Source: Candidatus Roizmanbacteria bacterium RIFCSPHIGHO2_02_FULL_37_13b (GTDB lineage: Bacteria; Patescibacteriota; Microgenomatia; UBA1406; HO2-37-13b). From it: a DNA stretch of 64,000 nt. Below, piece after piece: positions 39,804 to 48,989 of this stretch (position 1 is its first letter; every line of letters starts with the position of its first letter). Under the pieces are notes generated by a model. It saw only the letters and a list, made by a program, of their open reading frames with translations. It had not been told where the DNA came from and made no database searches. The translations under genes were made by a program, and so were the position numbers. Where the stretch lies: positions 48,390 to 112,389 of the forward strand of contig MFZK01000003.1 in the NCBI GenBank assembly GCA_001789395.1. Direction: 5' to 3'.

Positions 39804-40781
39804 TCAGGTTTTTTTAAGACGCTTTAAATCTACATCAACCATCATTTTTATCAATTCTTTGAAACCCACCTTTGGTTGCCATCCAAGTATTTTTTTTGCC
39901 TTATCCGCTTTGCCTTTAAGCTCAAATACTTCAGCAGGTCGAAGGTATCTCGGGTCTATCTTGACGTACTGATTGAAATTCGTCATACCAGCTGCTTTAA
40001 ATGCTTCTTCGACAAATTCCCGAACGGTATGATTTTCACCTGTAGCAGCGACATAATCATCTGGTTTATCACTTTGTAACATCAAATACATCGCCTCAAC
40101 ATAATCACCCGCAAAACCCCAATCTCGCTTGGAATCGAGGTTACCGAGCCTTAACTCTTTAGTTAGTCCCAACTTAATTCTGGCAACTCCATCAGTGATT
40201 TTCCTGGTGACAAATTGAATACCCCTTAGAGGCGACTCGTGATTAAATAAAATTCCATTAGACGTAAAAATATTATATGACTCTCTAAAATTTATCGTCA
40301 TCCAATATGCATATAGCTTTGAAATTGCATAAGGACTTCTTGGTTTAAATGCGGTGTTTTCATCTTGATAGCCATTATCATTATTCAAACCAAACATCTC
40401 CGATGTTGAAGCCTGATAAAATTTTGTTAAGGGGCAAAAAAACTTAACTGAATTCAATAAATACAAAACTCCCAGCGAATTTATTTCTGTTGTCAGTTTA
40501 GCCTGATCCCAGGATGAACCGACAAACGACTGAGCTGCCAAATTGTAGATTTCCTGAGGTCTGATCGATTTTATTATATTCATCAACGATCCCTCATCCG
40601 TCATATCTCCTTCTACGTATTGAACTTGATTTGTTATTCCAAGATAATCAAGATTCTCGAAGCTCGGATTTGAATAACGGCGAATCAATCCATAAACCTC
40701 GTAGTCTTTTTCCAAAAGCAATTTGGCTAAATACGGGCCGTCTTGACCCAATATTCCGGTTATAAAAGCAACTTTTTTCAT
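39804..40781 (-). CDS. gmd: GDP-mannose 4,6-dehydratase
   Basis: ITGILGQDG, YNLAAQSFV, YQASTSEMFG, PRSPYAISK, GILFNHESP.RG..FVTRKI, RDWG. Confidence 0.95.
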   Translation of the reverse strand: MKKVAFITGILGQDGPYLAKLLLEKDYEVYGLIRRYSNPSFENLDYLGITNQVQYVEGDMTDEGSLMNIIKSIRPQEIYNLAAQSFVGSSWDQAKLTTEINSLGVLYLLNSVKFFCPLTKFYQASTSEMFGLNNDNGYQDENTAFKPRSPYAISKLYAYWMTINFRESYNIFTSNGILFNHESPLRGIQFVTRKITDGVARIKLGLTKELRLGNLDSKRDWGFAGDYVEAMYLMLQSDKPDDYVAATGENHTVREFVEEAFKAAGMTNFNQYVKIDPRYLRPAEVFELKGKADKAKKILGWQPKVGFKELIKMMVDVDLKRLKKT

Positions 40782-40847
40782 TAATTAAAACTATATCAAA
40801 TTAACTCCCTTTCTGCAAGACTAGAAAAAACTGGTAAAATAATAAAA

Positions 40848-42122
40848 ATGAAACGACTCATTCATTTGGTCAAATTACCTACGACAAAAGAAGTTATTGT
40901 TAACACTTTTGGTAATTATCTTAATGTCTTATTTACGGCTTTCTACGCCCTAATGCTTGTCCGCATCATGACTCCGGCCCAGTATGGAGTATTAAGTGTT
41001 TTGTTTGCGATTACATATCTTTTAGCCAATGTACTTGACTTTGGCGTATCAGCTTCAATCTATTCTTATTTACCGCCTATCTTGCACAATCGAGAAGAAA
41101 CAAATAAATTCATCAAAGCTAATTTTGTCTTTCAAACCGTGTTGGCCGCGATAGTCATCCTGATAACTTTTGTCTTTATTAAACCAATCGACAACACAAT
41201 TTTAAAACTTCATGTCCCAATGTCATCATTTTTTTGGACTTTTATCTCAATTCCTTTATTCATTTGGCAAAACTTCACGTTAAATATTTTTTTTGCCGCT
41301 AGAAAATTTTTAGCAGCTAATATTGCTTTAAATATAGCCAACGTGCTAAAAACTGGAATCCTTTTGTATTTTATCTGGCAAAAGCAAGCATCTATTAATG
41401 CAATAATTATTACCTTGGGCGTAATTGGTCCTCTGTTATTTCTTGGTCTTTTGGCCTATGATCGACAAACTGATGTCTTAAAAATTCTGCAAACATCTTT
41501 CCACCGAAGTAGCATAAGACTAAAGTATACCTTGACCTTCTTTGTCTCATCACAATTTTTTAATATGGCCTCTCGTATCGATCTATTTATGCTTTCTTTT
41601 TACCTACCAAAAGCAGATGTCGGTTATTATGGCCTTTCACAAAAAATAATTTTAACTATACTGACATCAGTAAATAGTATCACCCAAGTTTTATCACCAC
41701 AATTTGCCAAGGCAGTCACCAAAAAAGAAGTAATCAGTCATATGAAAAAAGCATTATTGTATATGTCGATACCAACAGCACTTTTTTTTATAGCGGCAAT
41801 ATTACCGACATGGATCTATACTCTTGTTTTTACTTCAAATTATCAGAAAACCGCCATGATTACCCGGATCTTGTCTAGCTCATATATTCTTTATGGTATT
41901 TCCGCAATACCTTCACTCTTTTTTCTTTATACTGTCAGAAAACCAATCTATCTTTGTATAAATAACCTTGTATTTTTAATAATAATTGCATTTGGATCTT
42001 ATTGGTTGATTCCTCATTTTGGCGTTTTTGGACCAACGATCGCCTTTTTTGGTTGTTTTATCTGGTCAACACTTTATCTGTATTTATACTATTTCCTGGA
42101 GATAAAAAAAATGAAGCAGTAG
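40848..42122 (+). CDS. Wzx/MOP-family oligosaccharide flippase
   Basis: About 12 TMs; P..YG, DFG, RIDLFML, VGYYG..QK. Confidence 0.82.
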   Translation: MKRLIHLVKLPTTKEVIVNTFGNYLNVLFTAFYALMLVRIMTPAQYGVLSVLFAITYLLANVLDFGVSASIYSYLPPILHNREETNKFIKANFVFQTVLAAIVILITFVFIKPIDNTILKLHVPMSSFFWTFISIPLFIWQNFTLNIFFAARKFLAANIALNIANVLKTGILLYFIWQKQASINAIIITLGVIGPLLFLGLLAYDRQTDVLKILQTSFHRSSIRLKYTLTFFVSSQFFNMASRIDLFMLSFYLPKADVGYYGLSQKIILTILTSVNSITQVLSPQFAKAVTKKEVISHMKKALLYMSIPTALFFIAAILPTWIYTLVFTSNYQKTAMITRILSSSYILYGISAIPSLFFLYTVRKPIYLCINNLVFLIIIAFGSYWLIPHFGVFGPTIAFFGCFIWSTLYLYLYYFLEIKKMKQ

Positions 42123-42124
42123 TC

Positions 42125-43594
42125 ATGTTTAAAAAATACACTCCGATTATTCTAATTTTACTTTTAGCACTAATGCTTAGAGTCATTGCTTTAAATCAAT
42201 CATTTTGGCTCGATGAAACAATTCAGGCCACTGTATCGAATAGCAACTCATCATCAATAAATTGGAGCAATGACTTTCAACCACCGTTATTTTATTTATT
42301 CAGTCACTTGTGGCAACAAATTGGAATAAATTATGAATGGTTTTTGCGGCTACCATCTGTCATTTTTGGTATTTTAACAGTATTTATACTCTATTTGTTG
42401 ATCAAGGATATCGCGGGAAAACATACTGCTATTTTATCCGCGCTTTTTTTGGCAACTGCACCATTTCACATTTATTACTCACAGGAATATCGAATGTATT
42501 CATTCTTCACTTTATTGGTAGCGCTATCATGGTATCTGCTTTATAAGCGAAAATTATTATCATATTTTCTTACTCTAGTACTTTTATCTTACACTCATTA
42601 TTTTACCACTTTGGTAATTATTTCTCAAATTATTTATGTAATTCTTGCGAGACAAATTACGATTAAACGATTAATTGTAGTATTTGTGGCTACTTTTTTT
42701 TTCTTTATTCCTTGGTTACCGACGTTATTTAAACAAATCCAGACTGCATCAAATCTCATTTCCATTTGGCCAAAATGGCAACAAGTTGCAGGCGTCACGT
42801 TCCTCAAATTCCCATTTTTACTTCTGGCTAAATTTACGGTTGGGATGATCAGTCCAACGAATAAATATATCTATGGAGTTTTTGTATTGTTCATGGCAAT
42901 AATATTTTTTTTGTATGGGTTTAAATTGATATATCAATATATTCAACCTCGAAGGTTACGGATGTTATTAGCAGAACCTAAAGTAAGTATTTTATTAATC
43001 CCGTTTGTAATACCTCTAATTTTGGCTTGGATTTCTTCGGTTTGGATTTCAGCTAGTTCACCGCATCGCTTATTATTTACGCTTCCTTTTTTTTACGGAA
43101 TTCTCGCGGTTGGATTTTTTCAAGAGAACAAAAATGTTTTTTTAAATATTTTTAAGCAAAAAAAGTTAAAAATGATATTTATAAGTATTCTGGTATTATG
43201 TAATTTGGTGTTTTCATTTTTATATTTATTAAATCCTAAGAATCACCGTGAAGCCTGGCGTGAAGCCATTGCATATACCGACAACAAAATCGGAGATAGG
43301 GGAGTGGCACTATCAGAATTCATCGACCCGTGGGCACCGATGATCTGGTATTCCAAATATCCAGAAAAATATCTCGGAGCTTCAAATTCAATGAAGGTAA
43401 CCAATGAATCAATTCAAACCAAACTAGATTCCCGTATACAAAATACTCAAAACCTCATACTCTATACTTATTTATACGAACTTTCAGATCCCAATCGTTT
43501 GGTAGAAAAATATTTAGCGACAAATGGTTTTAAACTCACTGAAGAAAAAGACTTTAGAGGAGTGGGAATAATAAAAATATATAAGAATGATTAA
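42125..43594 (+). CDS. GT39/PMT-like membrane glycosyltransferase
   Basis: LNQSFWLDE, DFQPPLFY, LRLPS, YYSQEYRMY. Start moved to MFKKY. Confidence 0.85.
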   Translation: MFKKYTPIILILLLALMLRVIALNQSFWLDETIQATVSNSNSSSINWSNDFQPPLFYLFSHLWQQIGINYEWFLRLPSVIFGILTVFILYLLIKDIAGKHTAILSALFLATAPFHIYYSQEYRMYSFFTLLVALSWYLLYKRKLLSYFLTLVLLSYTHYFTTLVIISQIIYVILARQITIKRLIVVFVATFFFFIPWLPTLFKQIQTASNLISIWPKWQQVAGVTFLKFPFLLLAKFTVGMISPTNKYIYGVFVLFMAIIFFLYGFKLIYQYIQPRRLRMLLAEPKVSILLIPFVIPLILAWISSVWISASSPHRLLFTLPFFYGILAVGFFQENKNVFLNIFKQKKLKMIFISILVLCNLVFSFLYLLNPKNHREAWREAIAYTDNKIGDRGVALSEFIDPWAPMIWYSKYPEKYLGASNSMKVTNESIQTKLDSRIQNTQNLILYTYLYELSDPNRLVEKYLATNGFKLTEEKDFRGVGIIKIYKND

Positions 43595-43615
43595 TTACAC
43601 GTAGCAAGTTGTGGA

Positions 43616-44065
43616 TTATTTTTTTTGAGGTGCTTTTTTTGTTTGTTTTGGTTTCGACAATTTTTCAAAATCGTTCTCTAAGTATTTTTTAAGTTTAATC
43701 AGCGTTTTTTCCGGCATTTGATGAGTATCTTTGACTTTATCAACAACTTCTTTTACAACTCCCGCATATTTTTCTTTGTCGATCGTTTGCCATTTGTCAG
43801 AAATTTCCGATAACTTGGTCGATAACGTATCCATTGTCTCATTAAAAATATCTAATGATTTTTCGGATAAGTCATCAAATATTTCTCGAACGATTGTTTT
43901 GGCATCTGACTCTTGCAGTTTCGATCGAATTTCTTCAGCGGCTTTTGATAGTTCTTTTCTCATTTTTTTACCCGCTTTTGGAGCAAGTAGTAATCCGGCA
44001 ATTGCACCGGAGATAGCACCAAATATTAATCCAATGCCGAACTTAGATGATTTTTTATTTTCCAT
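43616..44065 (-). CDS. YtxH domain protein
   Basis: FGIGLIFGAISGAIAGLLLAPKAGKKMR followed by a charged helical tail. Confidence 0.85.
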   Translation of the reverse strand: MENKKSSKFGIGLIFGAISGAIAGLLLAPKAGKKMRKELSKAAEEIRSKLQESDAKTIVREIFDDLSEKSLDIFNETMDTLSTKLSEISDKWQTIDKEKYAGVVKEVVDKVKDTHQMPEKTLIKLKKYLENDFEKLSKPKQTKKAPQKK

Positions 44066-44130
44066 ATATAAAATCCTAGCAAAATGGACTTCATAAATCA
44101 AGCGATTCATATATAATAGTTGTAGTTAAA

Positions 44131-44203
44131 GCCCTTATAGCTTAATCGGATAGAGCAGAGGCTTGCGGAGCCTCAGATCCCCGTTCGATTCGGGGTAGGG
44201 GCA
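44131..44203 (+). tRNA. tRNA-Arg (anticodon GCG)
   Basis: Acceptor GCCCTTA/TAGGGGC; anticodon arm gaggc-ttGCGga-gcctc; T arm ccccg-ttcgatt-cgggg; CCA not encoded. Confidence 0.9.
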
Positions 44204-44215
44204 CAAGGCTTAATT

Positions 44216-44602
44216 TTATTTATCTCCCATGAATTGAAGAATATTGCCGTCCGGATCCTTGATCGTCATACACCAAAAACCCCCAGGGGGTGCTTCAAAT
44301 GGCGTGGCAACAAATTCAATTTGCTTACTTTTAAGCTCATCATATATGGCATTGACACTTTCGGCCGAAAAACCAACCATTACACGATAGGGATCAGTAT
44401 TTTTTTGATTTTGTGAGACTTGACCATGTTTCCCAATCCAAAAAAAATTATCACCGAATTTAAACGAGACATAAGTATCCTGTGGGTGATCAAGACGTTC
44501 TTTTTCCTCAAAACCCAAAACATTCTTGTACCAATCGACCAGTTTTTCAAAATTCGCAGTATAAATACCAACATGAAGATAGGGATTTTTTAGTTTTATC
44601 AT
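44216..44602 (-). CDS. VOC/glyoxalase family protein
   Basis: HVGIY.....L..WY..VLGF; KDPDGNILQF. Confidence 0.88.
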   Translation of the reverse strand: MIKLKNPYLHVGIYTANFEKLVDWYKNVLGFEEKERLDHPQDTYVSFKFGDNFFWIGKHGQVSQNQKNTDPYRVMVGFSAESVNAIYDELKSKQIEFVATPFEAPPGGFWCMTIKDPDGNILQFMGDK

Positions 44603-44637
44603 AGGTGATATAATTATACAGAGATTTGCAAATTGTA

Positions 44638-44708
44638 GGGGGTGTGGTGAAATGGTATCACAACGGTCTCCAAAACCGTTATTCCGGGTTCGACTCCTGG
44701 CACCCCTG
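44638..44708 (+). tRNA. tRNA-Trp (anticodon CCA)
   Basis: Acceptor GGGGGTG/CACCCCT; D stem gtga/tcac; anticodon arm acggt-ctCCAaa-accgt; T loop ttcgact. Confidence 0.92.
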
Positions 44709-44747
44709 CAAACCCAAACTTAAAGTCACCACGTATACTATCTATAT

Positions 44748-45644
44748 ATGCGATTTTCTAAAAATAAAGGCGTGATTCTAGCGCTTTTGGCTGGACTGCT
44801 CTGGGGGACCATTGGGATTTTCGTTAAAAAGCTTACTGGGCTTACGCCTATAGGCACAACATTCTTTCGACTACTTATTGCCTTTGTTGGAATAGTTTCG
44901 GTTGTGGTATTTCTGAACCTGCAGAAAGAGGTAAAATCAACCCTTACACATTGGAAATTTCTCACAATTCTTTCTTTTATCATGAGTTTGTCCTTATTTT
45001 TTTCAGTTTTGGGTTTCTATGGAACTACTGTAGCCAATGCATCGATTCTTAACAATACAACTCCACTTTATGTTGCTCTTTTTGGTTTGCTGCTTTGGGA
45101 AAAAACCAGTCGTAAAGAGTGGATGGGTATATTGCTCGGGTTTTTTGGAATCTTATTGATATTTTCTGCACATGAAATTTCGTTTGAATCACAAAGATTT
45201 ATAGGAAACGTACTCTCAATTATGTCGGCAATTTTTCTTGCGGCTTATACCATTTTTTCAAAGCGAATACGTTCTCGCTTTTCCTCATTTGCTATAATGT
45301 TTTGGGTCTTTGGGCTAGGCAGTTTATTCATACTTTTAGAAAGCATTCTTTTTCAAAAACCACTTTTCCTTAAACTGGTATATGCTGATTTATATTATGT
45401 AGTTGGGCTGGGGATTTTCGGAACATTTTTGGCACATACTTTTTATACAACAAGTCTCAAATACATTAAAGCATCCACAGCCAGTCTCATTGGACTTTCT
45501 TCACCCATATCAGCTACTCTCTATGCCATTATTTTGTTGGGAGAAATACCTTCAATCCTTGCTTTATTAGGTTTAGTCTTTTCTATAACGGGGATTTTCT
45601 ATGTAGTTCGCAGTGAAATAGTGACAAACGAGTTGGGAAAATAG
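44748..45644 (+). CDS. EamA/DMT family transporter
   Basis: LLWGTIG, FFR, two EamA repeats, LLGE. Confidence 0.88.
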   Translation: MRFSKNKGVILALLAGLLWGTIGIFVKKLTGLTPIGTTFFRLLIAFVGIVSVVVFLNLQKEVKSTLTHWKFLTILSFIMSLSLFFSVLGFYGTTVANASILNNTTPLYVALFGLLLWEKTSRKEWMGILLGFFGILLIFSAHEISFESQRFIGNVLSIMSAIFLAAYTIFSKRIRSRFSSFAIMFWVFGLGSLFILLESILFQKPLFLKLVYADLYYVVGLGIFGTFLAHTFYTTSLKYIKASTASLIGLSSPISATLYAIILLGEIPSILALLGLVFSITGIFYVVRSEIVTNELGK

Positions 45645-45733
45645 TACGTTCCAACAAAATTCACCAACCCCTGCATTAGAGTCGCTTTCCGATTCACCAT
45701 CCAGCCATCAACAAACGTTAAGGATTTTAATCT

Positions 45734-45799
45734 ACCGAAGGTTCAACCACAAATAACCCCACGGGTTAGTTGTTCACGGGTTAGTTGTTCATGGTCTTC
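45734..45799. repeat. Intergenic copy of the hairpin element found inside miaA, with a 15-bp tandem duplication
   Basis: accgaaggttcaaccacaaataaccccacgggtta matches 39271..39306; cacgggttagttgtt occurs twice. Confidence 0.7.
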
Positions 45800-45917
45800 A
45801 ATTAAATATATTTGCACCTAATTATTTTGTATAGGATAGTTAATAACATATCATATATAGTGTTTATATTGTTATGAATTGACAATTGTTTATATACTTG
45901 ATATACTACCGGTTATA

Positions 45918-46559
45918 ATGATTGTAAAAAAAGCTGCTGTTAACAAAAACTACTCCTTATTTAATATTAAAATTGCTTTGTCGCCGATTCTTTTGCTTGT
46001 CGCTTTATACTTAATTCTTCAAACCTTTAGCATTGCATCGGCTACTGATGCTAATAACTTTCCGACGCCAACCAATTTTTGTCCTGATGATATTTGTGAT
46101 GTTACACCGCCTTCATGTGACGATCTAAATCCTTCATGCGGAGCTGCTACGCCAACGATTCGAATCACATCTGGTGAAATCGCTACACCAACTTTAAGTA
46201 CAACAAAATCACCAACAACCAGACCGACAAGTACACCTTCAGAAGAAATCATTCCTACCAAAGAATTGACAATTACACCATCAAACGGTGGCGGTGGTGG
46301 AATCGTATCACCGACTCCAACAAGTACACCGACACAAACACCAAGTCCAACCTCAGTTTCATCATCAAGCGGATCATCATCAAGTGGTGGTGCTTCTTCG
46401 ACTTCGTCAAGTTCACCATCAAGTAGTGGCGGTGGAGGAGAGGTCTTAGGATTAGCTGAGACTGGATCTTTTGTTGAATCTATTTCGAGCGCTTTTTTTA
46501 TGCTCTCGATATCTTTTTTTGGTCTATCAATTCTTTCTCATGCCAAAAAGAAAAAATAA
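45918..46559 (+). CDS. Ser/Thr/Pro-rich sortase-anchored surface protein (LAETG sorting signal)
   Basis: N-terminal signal/TM, PT/S-rich stalk, then LAETG + hydrophobic helix + KKKK tail; adjacent to a sortase. Confidence 0.78.
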   Translation: MIVKKAAVNKNYSLFNIKIALSPILLLVALYLILQTFSIASATDANNFPTPTNFCPDDICDVTPPSCDDLNPSCGAATPTIRITSGEIATPTLSTTKSPTTRPTSTPSEEIIPTKELTITPSNGGGGGIVSPTPTSTPTQTPSPTSVSSSSGSSSSGGASSTSSSSPSSSGGGGEVLGLAETGSFVESISSAFFMLSISFFGLSILSHAKKKK

Positions 46560-47097
46560 CAGACACCATAAATATTCAACCACACTGGTCTTATTTTTTT
46601 TAGCCAGCTGCTTTTTAATCCTTGGTATTTTTTTCAAAACTCTCGATGTATACAATAACATTGAACAACAGATGCTAACCGCTCAAAGCAAATCAGAATA
46701 TTCTGCAATGACTCCTAAATCTATAAAAATAAACCGTCTTCACTTGAATTTACCGATAGAAGGTACCGATATTATCAACGGTAAATGGCCAATTAGTAAA
46801 TATGCAGTATCATACTTAAAATCTTCAGAAAAATTGGCCGGTAATGGTACTACAATCATCTATGGTCATAATAAAACCAATATTTTTGGCCAGTTAAATG
46901 AAGTCAAAATTGGAGATAAGATTGGTTTAACATTATCTGATAATAGAAATGTCAGTTACACGGTTTATCAAACGATTGTGGTCAGGCCAAATGAGGTCTC
47001 TGCCCTTAAAACAAATACCGGATCGATGCTTATTTTATACACATGCACCGGATTTGCAGATTCAAAAAGACTGGTGGTCAAAGCAAAACTCACATAA
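46540..47097 (+). CDS. Sortase
   Basis: N-terminal TM; IIYGHN (His), LILYTC (Cys), KRLVV (Arg) catalytic triad. Confidence 0.9.
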   Translation: MPKRKNNRHHKYSTTLVLFFLASCFLILGIFFKTLDVYNNIEQQMLTAQSKSEYSAMTPKSIKINRLHLNLPIEGTDIINGKWPISKYAVSYLKSSEKLAGNGTTIIYGHNKTNIFGQLNEVKIGDKIGLTLSDNRNVSYTVYQTIVVRPNEVSALKTNTGSMLILYTCTGFADSKRLVVKAKLT

Positions 47098-47124
47098 TCC
47101 TTAATTCTTGATATAATAATATCA

Positions 47125-47943
47125 ATGGTTGACTTAGGGAAAGATCAAAGTCCACATACCCGAAATATCAAGGACCACTTTTTTTTATCCGAACCACAAA
47201 GACATCAAATGCTAGCTGCCCGAGACGAAGTCATTGACTGGTTAAACCGTAGAAATTTTGCGAACTTTAATTTCACTAGAGGACAGTTAAGTGATGTAAA
47301 ACTGGGGCTAGCTGATATTCAAGATCATTTTGAAGGTGGTACCGCCGATGTCTCAATTTTAGATCATCAATCAGATATGGTTATGGCGGAGTTCTCTGGC
47401 GATTCGCATAAAGCAAGATTAATTACAGATGTTAAAACAAAAGACATTAGATTCGTACTTGAAGATCGCTGTGCAGATTTTACATCTCAAGATCTTCTTT
47501 ATCAAGCAGTTGCACGGGCTCAAGCTCAACCTTATTATGATGATGGAACTTTAATGGAGTTCTGGATCGTTGATACGCCTGATAGACGTCAGGGATTTCA
47601 AGATGCAAGCTTTTGGGCAAAAAAATTAATTCCTGATCTAGGAGCAAAAGACACAGCGATTACACGAGCAATACCAGGAGCTGTAAGGCGTCATTTAGTC
47701 GGTGATACATTTCAAGCCTATTGGACAGCTCCTGAATATACTGATTTAGTCGTAACTATTAACACAATTGATGATGATACGATTCCCTATATCTTCAGAA
47801 AATTAACACAAAATAACGGCAGGACGGTTTTTGTTAAAAGAGGTAATTTTGATATGACTAATTTGCCTCAAAGACAAGAAGAACGGCAAACGCTGCCACA
47901 AGGAATTCTTCAACCGGTGCCAGTCGAAGCGAATATACAATAA
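47125..47943 (+). CDS. Hypothetical acidic protein
   Basis: 272-aa ORF with TATAAT just upstream; no motif recognised. Confidence 0.6.
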   Translation: MVDLGKDQSPHTRNIKDHFFLSEPQRHQMLAARDEVIDWLNRRNFANFNFTRGQLSDVKLGLADIQDHFEGGTADVSILDHQSDMVMAEFSGDSHKARLITDVKTKDIRFVLEDRCADFTSQDLLYQAVARAQAQPYYDDGTLMEFWIVDTPDRRQGFQDASFWAKKLIPDLGAKDTAITRAIPGAVRRHLVGDTFQAYWTAPEYTDLVVTINTIDDDTIPYIFRKLTQNNGRTVFVKRGNFDMTNLPQRQEERQTLPQGILQPVPVEANIQ

Positions 47944-48008
47944 TCCTAGAGCAATATTCCGCTTGCTCGCATCAAACGCGAATACAATCTTATAGAATAA
48001 TAGTTGTT

Positions 48009-48079
48009 GACCCCGCTAGAATTCTTACTTGCTCCCGAGGTCTACGTCCTCGCGTCGCAAGAACGAATCTACGAGGGTC
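48009..48079. repeat. Long bulged hairpin element
   Basis: gaccc/gggtc, tagaattc/gaatcta, cttgc/gcaag, cgagg-tctacgt-cctcg. Confidence 0.55.
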
Positions 48080-48115
48080 TGCGTCACGAATCTATGACCT
48101 ATATAAATTCGCTCC

Positions 48116-48145
48116 TTGACTTAGTGAACGGTTGTTCACTATACT
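48116..48145 (+). promoter_or_regulatory. lexA promoter with SOS-box-like operator
   Basis: TTGACT(48116)-18 nt-TATACT(48140). The spacer is filled by the palindrome tagtGAAC-ggtt-GTTCacta (48122..48141). Confidence 0.8.
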
Positions 48146-48163
48146 TGATTTACGTAAAAAAAT

Positions 48164-48730
48164 ATGGAAGATCAACTCAAAAAAATCAGGAAGTTTTTTA
48201 GAATTCATCGTCGGCTGCCGACATATCAGGAACTGGCGAATTTATTTAATTTTGCTTCAAAAAACGCTGCCTATAAACTGGCACAAAAATTAATTGATGC
48301 CGGATTTTTAGAAAAAGATGAAACCGGCAAACTTATTCCCAAAAAACTGTTTGCTCCGTTACCTAATTCCGGATTTGTCCAGGCCGGATTTCCATCGCCG
48401 GCTGAAGAAGAGCTTATTGACACAATCTCATTTGATGAATATTTAATCGATAAACCGGAAAGCACTTTTATTCTAAGAGTATCGGGCGATTCAATGATTG
48501 ATGCCGGTATCCATCCGGGTGATATTGTCTTAATAGAGAAGGGGAGGACTCCTAAAGATGGAGATGTCGTCATCGCATCCGTCGATGGAGAATGGACCTT
48601 GAAATATTATCACAAAGAACAAAATAAAATAGTTTTAGTTCCGGCAAACAAAAAATATCAAAAAATATATCCAAAAAATAGCCTAGAAATTGGAGGAATA
48701 GTTATATCGGTTGTTAGGAAATATAACTAA
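48164..48730 (+). CDS. lexA: LexA-family repressor (HTH plus S24 autoprotease)
   Basis: PTYQELA..F.FAS HTH; VQAGFPSPA cleavage site; RVSGDSM (Ser); TLK (Lys). Confidence 0.85.
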   Translation: MEDQLKKIRKFFRIHRRLPTYQELANLFNFASKNAAYKLAQKLIDAGFLEKDETGKLIPKKLFAPLPNSGFVQAGFPSPAEEELIDTISFDEYLIDKPESTFILRVSGDSMIDAGIHPGDIVLIEKGRTPKDGDVVIASVDGEWTLKYYHKEQNKIVLVPANKKYQKIYPKNSLEIGGIVISVVRKYN

Positions 48731-48731
48731 T

Positions 48732-48917
48732 ATGAAAAAAATTGCATCAACGATATCAAATACGTATAAAGCATTAAAACTGCTATCTGATCCAAAAATG
48801 ATTGATATTTTGTATCACCAAATTACATTACAACAAAAAAATCAAGAAATTAAAACCCTCTCGGGAAAGAAAGATCTTTTTTTCCATAAACATTTCATTA
48901 TTCAGGTAATAGGATAG
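48732..48917 (+). CDS. Small hypothetical protein or remnant, coupled to lexA
   Basis: ATG 1 nt after the lexA stop; 61 aa; no motif. Confidence 0.35.
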   Translation: MKKIASTISNTYKALKLLSDPKMIDILYHQITLQQKNQEIKTLSGKKDLFFHKHFIIQVIG

Positions 48918-48989
48918 AATTTTAATTAAATTTTCAACAATATCCCAGCTGTTGCAAATATAGGCCTATAGTGGTATAATGATGTTATC

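Noticed and set aside
39661-39972. 103-aa ORF over the structured element and heptamer repeat
   Set aside because: TTG start, made of repeat DNA and antisense to gmd.
45835-45885. dif-like site or operator in the AT-rich imperfect palindrome
   Set aside because: No convincing match to the XerD arm (TTATGTTAAA); low-complexity AT sequence.
48004-48201. 65-aa ORF upstream of lexA
   Set aside because: It reads through a hairpin element and the lexA promoter/operator from a TTG start.
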